A DNA stretch of 61,157 bases, counting the filler, from Dugesia japonica (Eukaryota), in assembly GCA_001938525.1 (NCBI GenBank). It is 5 parts of 5 records of this genome, joined end to end, with 100 filler letters (N's around TTAATTAATTAA, not from the genome) between each part and the next. Parts side by side here need not be neighbours in the genome. Positions count along the whole stretch, not along the records: positions 46,589 to 61,157 come from MQRL01611109.1; 4 more parts are not named here. One strand, 5' to 3'. A program made the translations under genes and the position numbers. Below, piece by piece: positions 53,850 to 61,157 of the stretch (positions are counted from its first letter, which is position 1; the number at the start of each line of letters is the position of its first letter). The notes beneath the pieces are model-generated. The model had not been told where the DNA came from. It saw only the letters and a program-made list of their open reading frames with translations, and searched no databases.

Positions 53850-53972
53850 TAATAAATAATAATAATACTATTAATACTATTAATAATAATAATATAATAA
53901 TAAAAATAATATATAATAATAAAAGTAGTAATACTAATAATAATATCACAATAATAATAATAATAATAAAAT

Positions 53973-54004
<32 letters not shown>

Positions 54005-57000
54005 ATAATAATATAATAATCATAATAATAATATATAATAATAAAAGTAGTAATACTAATAATAATAGCACAATAATAATAATAATAATTATAATAATAA
54101 TAATATTAATATTAATATTAATAATAAAAATAATAATAATATTAATATTAATATTAATAATAAAAATAATAATAATAGTAATGAGAATAATTTTTAAATG
54201 AAATATTTAATGTTGATTGTTTAGCATTATTCGAATTTTGGATCGAACTGATGTGACGACAAATAAGATATCAGGTAATTTACATTTTCTTCAAAAAAAT
54301 TTCAAATATCAATTTAACAAGAATTTTATTATTGATTGATTTGAAAATTTTATTAGTATCTTAAAATAATTTATTTTTCCAAAAATTATGTGTTGGTTCT
54401 TAATTTATTTTGTATAGGCAATATTTATTAACATTTGGAAAATATAGTAATAATACTTTTAAAAATATTTGTATAAAAAATCGTTTAATGATTCTAGTTC
54501 AGAAAAATTTTACGAATTTTTAATAATGGTTTTTCAACTGTTTTTTAATTATTATTTTTCTTAGATTTAGCTGCAGCCGCTGAGAAAATCGTTATGCAAA
54601 AAGATTTCAATCGCCACAATGTCTCTTTAAGCGAATCACCGAAGGAATCGGAAATTGAAGATCCATATGGTGTTGTAGCAAGTTCAAATAATGATATAAA
54701 TGTAAAAGATGTTTGGGATAATTATCAGGTTTGAATAATTTATCTTTATTTATGAGTTCTTTATTGACAATAAATATTTCCTACTTGTTTTAAATGAAGT
54801 TTTAGATAAAGTTTTATTAAATAAGATTTCTAACAAATCTAAGTTTGTATTATCTTCTTAAAATGAAAAGGTAAAATTCATTCATCTTTATTGTTAATAA
54901 TATCTCGGAATTATGAAATATTTCAAAAATATCATTTGAATTATTATCTAAATGTTATATTTTAATGGTATTTATTTAAAACTATCATATTGACTGGTGT
55001 GTTTTTCAATTTTTCATTAACCTATGTCTTTCGGCCACATTACGTTCAGTTTATAAGGATATACGACTTAAAAGTAAATTTTGCTTTCTTAACTTTGAAA
55101 AATTCATTTTGCTAATAAGAACTTTGCTTCTCCAGATAGAAACCGGATTTAATTTGAATCTTTGATTGTTAAATTTTTTCAATATTTTCAGTTTTCTGTA
55201 AATAATAAAAAGAAATCATTATGTTTGAATTGCAGTCATTTTTAATTAAAATTTTCCCATGAGTCCTAAATTATTTTTGAAATACTTAATTCGTACTTAT
55301 TACTCAGGCTTATTATTAAAAATCTATTTCTAGATTTGTTACTGCACATCGTGATTGATTTTGTTGATTTTTATCAGTTAATGAACCAAGTAATCCATTT
55401 TAAAGAAAATGGTTCACTAACAGAAATAGATCCTAAAACATTTATAACTTGGGACAAAATTTCTTAAATTAAGGTATTTTCAGGCTAAAATATCAAATAG
55501 CAAGTCGCGAGTTAACCGGCCATTGTCTTATTGATTTTTGGTTACAGATAAATTCTTGTTATTTGTAATGAATTATTTAACATTAGTTTTGAATAAAATA
55601 ATAATTCTTAACATTTTGATTGTGCTTTTCATAATTTGTGATGTAACATTCCATACGCTTTATAGGATTTCATGAAACCGGTGCAGTAAATTCACATTTC
55701 TGTTAATTTGAAAATAATTCGTTTCTTCGTGTGATTAGTATCTGAGATTTTCATTCAGAACTTATTTAATGTTTAGTATTCCCTAGAAAAGAAAGAAAAT
55801 ATTGGTCTTGTGAGCAAGGATAAATTTCACAGGACCGCAGACAGCCTTCATAGGTTTTTTAAAGTACACGTTCAAGTCGTGACTTGGTGCAGTGTCGCTC
55901 TTGACAACATAAACATTGAATACTGAATATGCTGTGGATCGTCTGGTACACACTTTTAAATGGTTCTGTTGATTGAAATCAGTTGGTCGAAGGAAAAAAT
56001 GGATTGTTTTGTTACCCCTCAGTGGATGTGAAGAATGCTTATATTGACCAATAGAAGATTTTTTAATTCTCGTTATCCTAAGAGCACTCTAAGGATAGCG
56101 GGGAAGGTGGTTAGGAAGTTGACAGAAACAGGCCAGTGGGATAAACAAATATATCGGTCAAAACAAAATAAATTGTTATGGTTAAGTTTTATTCTAGCCC
56201 AAAGAAATTTATTCGCAGAAATCTGTGGAAACTGATGTTCCAAAAACTACTATTAATCGCATATTAAAAAAGTAAAATAAAGTATAAACCAGTTTCAAAG
56301 TTTCGAGATGGACGATTGAAGGGTTTTACAATAAATTGGATGAAAAACCATTTTACTTAAGACTGCGTTGTTTAGTGATGAAGCTTTGTTTTACATAAAT
56401 GGTGAGGTTACCGAACAGAATTATCAATGCTGTTTGGAAAACATTGGATCGGGTGGACCCTTCTAAGCATTACGGAGTACAGGAGATAATGGTCTCCTGC
56501 TCCAGGCCTATTTTATCCAATTGAGAGGTCTATTAATGCCTCAAACTTAATTAACTGCCGGAATGGTTCAACTTGAATGGAAACCATATGCATTGCACCA
56601 CGTTTGTAAGTAATTAATTGAATAATATTTTTTTCAACTGAATTTAAATATGTGGTTTTGTGAAATTGTCTTCTCGGTCACTTCACCTTGATTTCCTTAA
56701 CTTCTTTTTCTAGATTATGCTAAATACGAAGTACTGAATGAAAATTTCAGATATTAATCACATGAAGAAACGAATTATGGATTGATGGGCTCAAGTTGGT
56801 AGAAATGTAGAGTTACTGCATTGAGTTCATGTGAATTTGGTATAGATCGTGTAATTTTGTATCACAAATGGTCTAAATAATAATGAAATGTTAATGATTA
56901 ATATTTTAATTAAATAAAATGTTGCAAATTTCATTAAAATGCATTGACAATATGCATTTTGCCTGTGTCCAGGATTTAGAAACACCGAATAATATAAATT

Positions 57001-57496
57001 TTCAAATTTTAATGTTTTGTTAAGTTATAAATATTCATGATTGGAAAAATATTTATATCAATTTTTGAATTTATTTAAGGCTTCGTTGTATTCCAATGAT
57101 GATGGTGATTCTCAGATTCTAGAAGTTGATAAAATTAAAGATTGGGAGCAAGATATAGAAACAGATGATCAAGAGTATGAGTCTTGTTATCATGATAAAA
57201 AAGTAAAATAATTTAAAAAATATTTCGTTTGATCTTAGCATTATAGCTACAGTTTCTCACATCAGGTTATGAAACTTCTATGGAGTCAGATATACATTTT
57301 TGCCACAAAAATTTATTAAGTATACTCAAATTCTCAGCCAATCAATTAGTAGATGTAAATCAACAAATTGATAATATAACCAAGCAATTGAATTCTGCTA
57401 ATTTTTGCAAAATCGATAAAATTAATTCTATTATCAACGAACAATTATCTATTTCAAATATCCATGTCAAACTGCTTAATCAAATTTTGAATAATG
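47222..57496 (+). CDS. Internal 7-exon fragment (about 425 aa) of a Klarsicht/AKAP6-like protein (exons 47222-47431, 47707-47893, 50457-50748, 54225-54274, 54565-54728, 57080-57202, 57247-57496)
   Basis: All GT-AG with exit phases 0,1,2,1,0,0,1 that chain without stops. QIHGQWLKAMELKCKLE and DVWDNYQ resemble motifs I recall from Klarsicht-family proteins. The gene model is stronger than the family call. Confidence 0.7.
48290..49060 (-). mobile_element. hAT (ZMYM1/Tip100-like) transposase C-terminal remnant, intronic
   Basis: PNIELAIRIFITMTTTVASTERSFSKFKII*NYLRSTSGQERLSNLSILSIE; INIALQSKEQDI. Confidence 0.85.
49178..49480 (-). mobile_element. Penelope-like GIY-YIG remnant
   Basis: VYQFKCSACDAAYIGETARHLYTRVQ, frameshift, NFKILSKQFKNYWERVLYEALMIRFH. 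Confidence 0.85.
53795..54190. repeat. Degenerate (AAT)n microsatellite
   Basis: Imperfect AAT array with an internal duplication. Confidence 0.9.
55990..56990 (+). mobile_element. Tc1/mariner superfamily (DD41D/rosa-like) transposase remnant
   Basis: KLTETG; FSDEALFYINGEVTEQNY; a degenerate match to WPxRSPDLxxLDFFxWGY near 56670-56730. Confidence 0.7.
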
Positions 57497-57691
57497 GTAA
57501 GTTCTTTTGGATTATGATGATAAATTGACATTCATTTTCTTCATAATCAAGTTATCAAGATCTTGAGTAACGTAGTATTAAATTTATAAATGATTTGCAA
57601 ATTTTGTTTTAGAAACTTCTGTATTTAGTCCTTTTTTGAAAGTCTCTGAATCGGACAATACATTTCTCAATTGATAATATTTGTATAAATA

Positions 57692-58720
57692 TTAGATTGT
57701 TCGGAAACTAATTTCGGTTTTTTTAGTAAAATTCAATAATAAATTTTTATTGTAAAAAAATTTGAGTCAAATATTCTGCCATTCCAAGAACGATGCAGGG
57801 AGCGAAATAAATGAAAATCGGATGGAGCTAGATAGGGTAAATATTTTGGATGTGGTAAAAATCCAAGATCCAATAGTTTCTGCTGAGTCGCCAAACTGGT
57901 ATGAAGTCTGGCATTGTCATGGTAAAATAAGAGTTTTCTTTGGTTCGTCCAAATGTCCAATTGGTGACAGTAAACCGAGGAAGAATTAGTTTGCTTGCTT
58001 TATAGCAACTCAAAAAGTACTCCTTTCCAGTCCCAAAAAAATAAAAAGCGTCACTTTCTTTTCATGGATTCTATTTTTGGGTATTCTACGAGGTTATTTA
58101 TCCTGCTCAATTACCGCTTGCAGCTGTAGTTGCTTTGGGTAATCCACTTATCATCACCCGTTATGATTCTTTTTAAGAATAGCTAGTTTTCCTCGCGTTT
58201 GCAGCAAATCACAGATGTTGACGCGAGGAATAAGATCCCCTAATGTGAAAAGCGTGGAATGAATATATTGAGCTTTGTGACATAATTAAGCCATTTTAAA
58301 AGGACGTGTACAGTCAAATTAGATAGGATTAATGTTTTCCAATTTCCCGAATTGTTTGAGGCCAATTTTCTTTCAACAAAGACATCAGCGAACGAAATCT
58401 AGAGAACCAAGTTTGACATTGGCGTTCAGTTATCGCATCTTCTCCAGACATCGCACATGATTTCTTCTGTCACATGCGGTATTTAAATATTATCGGTAAA
58501 ACATAATAGAACTTGTCGAAAATGCAATTTTTGTCCTAAATTTCAAATATCCCACCTAAAAATAGTTTGATATATTAAAACAAATTTACAAATAAATCCA
58601 ACTAGATATGTAAATTGTTTTAATGAGTATGGATTTAATTAGTTAAAACTGTATTTGGTCCATTAAATTAAGACTAAAACATAGACACAAAAAACAGAAG
58701 TTACTTTTCGAACAACATAA
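57692..58720 (-). mobile_element. Degenerate mariner element with both TIRs and TA flanks
   Basis: TA|TTAGATTGTTCGGAAACTAATTTCGGTTTTT...AAAAACAGAAGTTACTTTTCGAACAACATAA|TA. FYHDNARLH and HPKYLPYLAPSDFHLFRSL (YSPDLAPSD motif). Confidence 0.9.
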
Positions 58721-58725
58721 TATAT

Positions 58726-59430
58726 TGTTAGATGAGTTTGGAGTATTCGTTGGATCATCAATATCAAAATTCAATTGCATAGAAAGGTTATTAAAACAAA
58801 ACTATACTAACACTATTTGTTTATTCAAACAAATCAAATTGGATAATCATATTTTTAAAATTTATTTTAAGTTGTTTATAAAAATTTTACTTTACTATTC
58901 AATCATCATTATTAATATTTAAAATCGAAGATTTTATTTATTTAAAATCGAATATTTTATTTATTTAAAATTAATTTAATTTAATTTATTTAAAAACATT
59001 TTATTTATTTACTTAATTGTCATTTAAAATTGAAAACATGACGATTGAATAATAAAAATTTTTTAATAAATAAAATTTTTAAAGTGAACAAAAAATTTGT
59101 GTTAAATCGATATTTCGACTTTGTCTTCGTAAAAATTGTCCAGATAAGAAACCACCAAAATGTTTCGGTTGTGATAAAATTGGTCACATCAGAAGGTTCT
59201 GTACGGAGATTTTTTGTGGTAGATGTAAGAAACCTGGACACAGAGCTGAAGAATGTTATACCAACATCAACAAAACTATACAAGAAAATAAAAGACATAA
59301 CTTTGAAAACGGGCATCCAAGAAAAGATGGGTTTCAAAAGACAAAGTTCGTGACAGAAAGCAAAGATGGAAAAAGCTCGAGAAGAAACGTAAAAAAGATC
59401 AAAAAATTTCTTAAAGAAGGGGATGTAATT
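58726..59430 (+). mobile_element. Gypsy-like remnant with two gag zinc knuckles and a PPT
   Basis: CFGCDKIGHIRRFC and RCKKPGHRAEEC at 59160-59260. PPT-like AAAGAAGGGGA then TGTAA at about 59414-59429. Start TGTTAGATGAGTTTG also occurs inverted at 43365-43380. Confidence 0.65.
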
Positions 59431-61157
59431 ATGGTTTTAGACAGTTAAATTTTTTGATAGTTCGACCGAAGTTGTTAACGAAAATAATTGGATAAATAAA
59501 TAAATTAACTTCATGTAATAAAGTTTTAAAAATTTAATTGAAAATATTTTTTAATTATAGAATTTTGTAAAATGGTTAATTTTCGAAATTTAATGGAAAA
59601 TATTATTGTTAAATATTAAATTTTGTAAAATGAATAATTTTTTAAATTTATTGTTCTTTGGAATATTTTAAAATAACTTCGGTCAGAATTAAATAAAAAG
59701 TTTAGCTAGTTTTAAAAATTTGTTTAAAAAATCAAATTGATAGTTGGTGTTTTTTGGTTGTTGTCTTGAATAAATCTTAGAATGAAAAGTATTCCTTTTT
59801 TTAATGCAAATGGATGTAACAGATTCATCTAATATATATGTTNNNNNNNNATTTTAAGTTTGAACTTACATATTTCCTTTTTACCTGATAGTATTATTTA
59901 AATTAAACTATATTTTAAGATTTATTATTAATTCTGTTAAAATTTTAAACGATATGGCTGGGAAATCTGAATCATATGACTATCGATTATAATTTATAAA
60001 TAATAACAATAAACTAATACGTAAACGTTTCTTGCGTTATGAATGTTCTATTTTGTGGTTGTCTATATATTAAGGAGGAGGGAGACTGTATGAAATTTGG
60101 AGATTTAGCTTACGGCCAGGGGTTTCGGCACGCTGGCAGATTATCTTAATTTTGATACACATTTACCGATAGCTATTTTAAAATTTACAAGTGAATAAAA
60201 TATCGTGGAGTTTGTTTGTATTGATTATTTAACCGAGATAATTTAATAAACAGTAATGATGATTTTATAAATTATTTGCATAAATATTAATTTGATAACT
60301 ATTGATATAATTGAATACAAGTAGTTTTAATTATATTTTTTTTAATCTTATAAAATCAGATGGAAAATACTATCAAATACCCATTTCCTAATACAAAGGA
60401 ACTTCTTTCAGATACATAAATTTATGATTAAAATTCTAATAAGGCTACAACAATAAGTTAATATCTTCTAGGGTATAAGTTAAGTTGGGTTTGAACGATA
60501 AGGATATTCCAATACAATAGTAATTACCCGTATTAATAACTGTTGATGTGTTACATATAATAGTTGATTGATATAAATTTATTTTATTATTATTATTATT
60601 AATGTCATATTATAGTCCGGAATTGACGTTCAATTTGTCCGTTAGTGTTGTGATGATATGAGCACGCCAATTGCTAACCAATCTTCAACTTTTTTGCCCA
60701 ATCAATCATATCCAGAGATTCGAAAACCCTATCACAATCAGATCGAAATTCTCTAGGACATCCGAATTTTAAGATCGATCCCTTTCATAGATTCGTTCGA
60801 ATTGTTATTTCATCTTGTTTTGTCAACTCTGCCAGTCTAATATATTTCGTATTTTGATCAATTATACTTAAAATGTATCTCTTCCGCTCTCGTGTTTCCT
60901 TCAAAGATTACCAAACATCTACAAAAACCACNTTGAATAGTTCAAAGTCTTCCGACCAGATCGCCTTTTTTTTCACTCCCTCTGTATTCATCTTCATATC
61001 TTGTCAAAATATAATCTGTTGTTTTATTTACATTGCGTGACACAAAACCTATGTTATTTCTCAATTTCTTCGTCTCTTTCGTCTTTTGTTAACTAAGCTT
61101 TCGTCCCTTTTACTAATTTACTCACATCTCTTAAATCAATTTTAATTCCGAAAACAT

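Noticed and set aside
53746-53949. Hydrophobic Ile/Leu-rich ORF resembling a membrane peptide (also 36804-37088, 44179-44370)
   Set aside because: Translation of (ATT)n or low-complexity DNA.

Overview
Very AT-rich, intron-containing animal genomic DNA. Short GT-AG introns and the TE mix would fit a planarian or other flatworm, but that is inference only. The window is five contigs joined by artificial 100-bp N-TTAATTAATTAA-N linkers, so adjacency across 11546, 20093, 30295 and 46489 is not guaranteed. Host genes recovered by manual splicing: the first five exons of a type I inositol polyphosphate 5-phosphatase (INPP5A-like, +, 38554-46159); a 7-exon in-frame fragment of a Klarsicht/AKAP6-like protein (+, 47222-57496); a small secreted MAM-domain gene (-, 30575-31754); and one orphan exon (7672-8163). 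Most of the rest is TE debris: three LTR elements with intact 5-bp TSDs (two with AGT...ACT ends), other Ty3/gypsy remnants, hAT elements and MITEs, mariner/Tc1, Penelope GIY-YIG remnants and AT-rich satellites. The most novel-looking signal is a dispersed family of three cassettes (about 0.5-1.0 kb -, 13.5-14.9 kb +, 23.5-24.95 kb +). They encode small coiled-coil proteins sharing an A(D/E)II(x4DRE) motif, and appear to use micro-exons and tandem alternative polyadenylated last exons. One copy lies next to an LTR-like terminus that recurs at 37671-37687.
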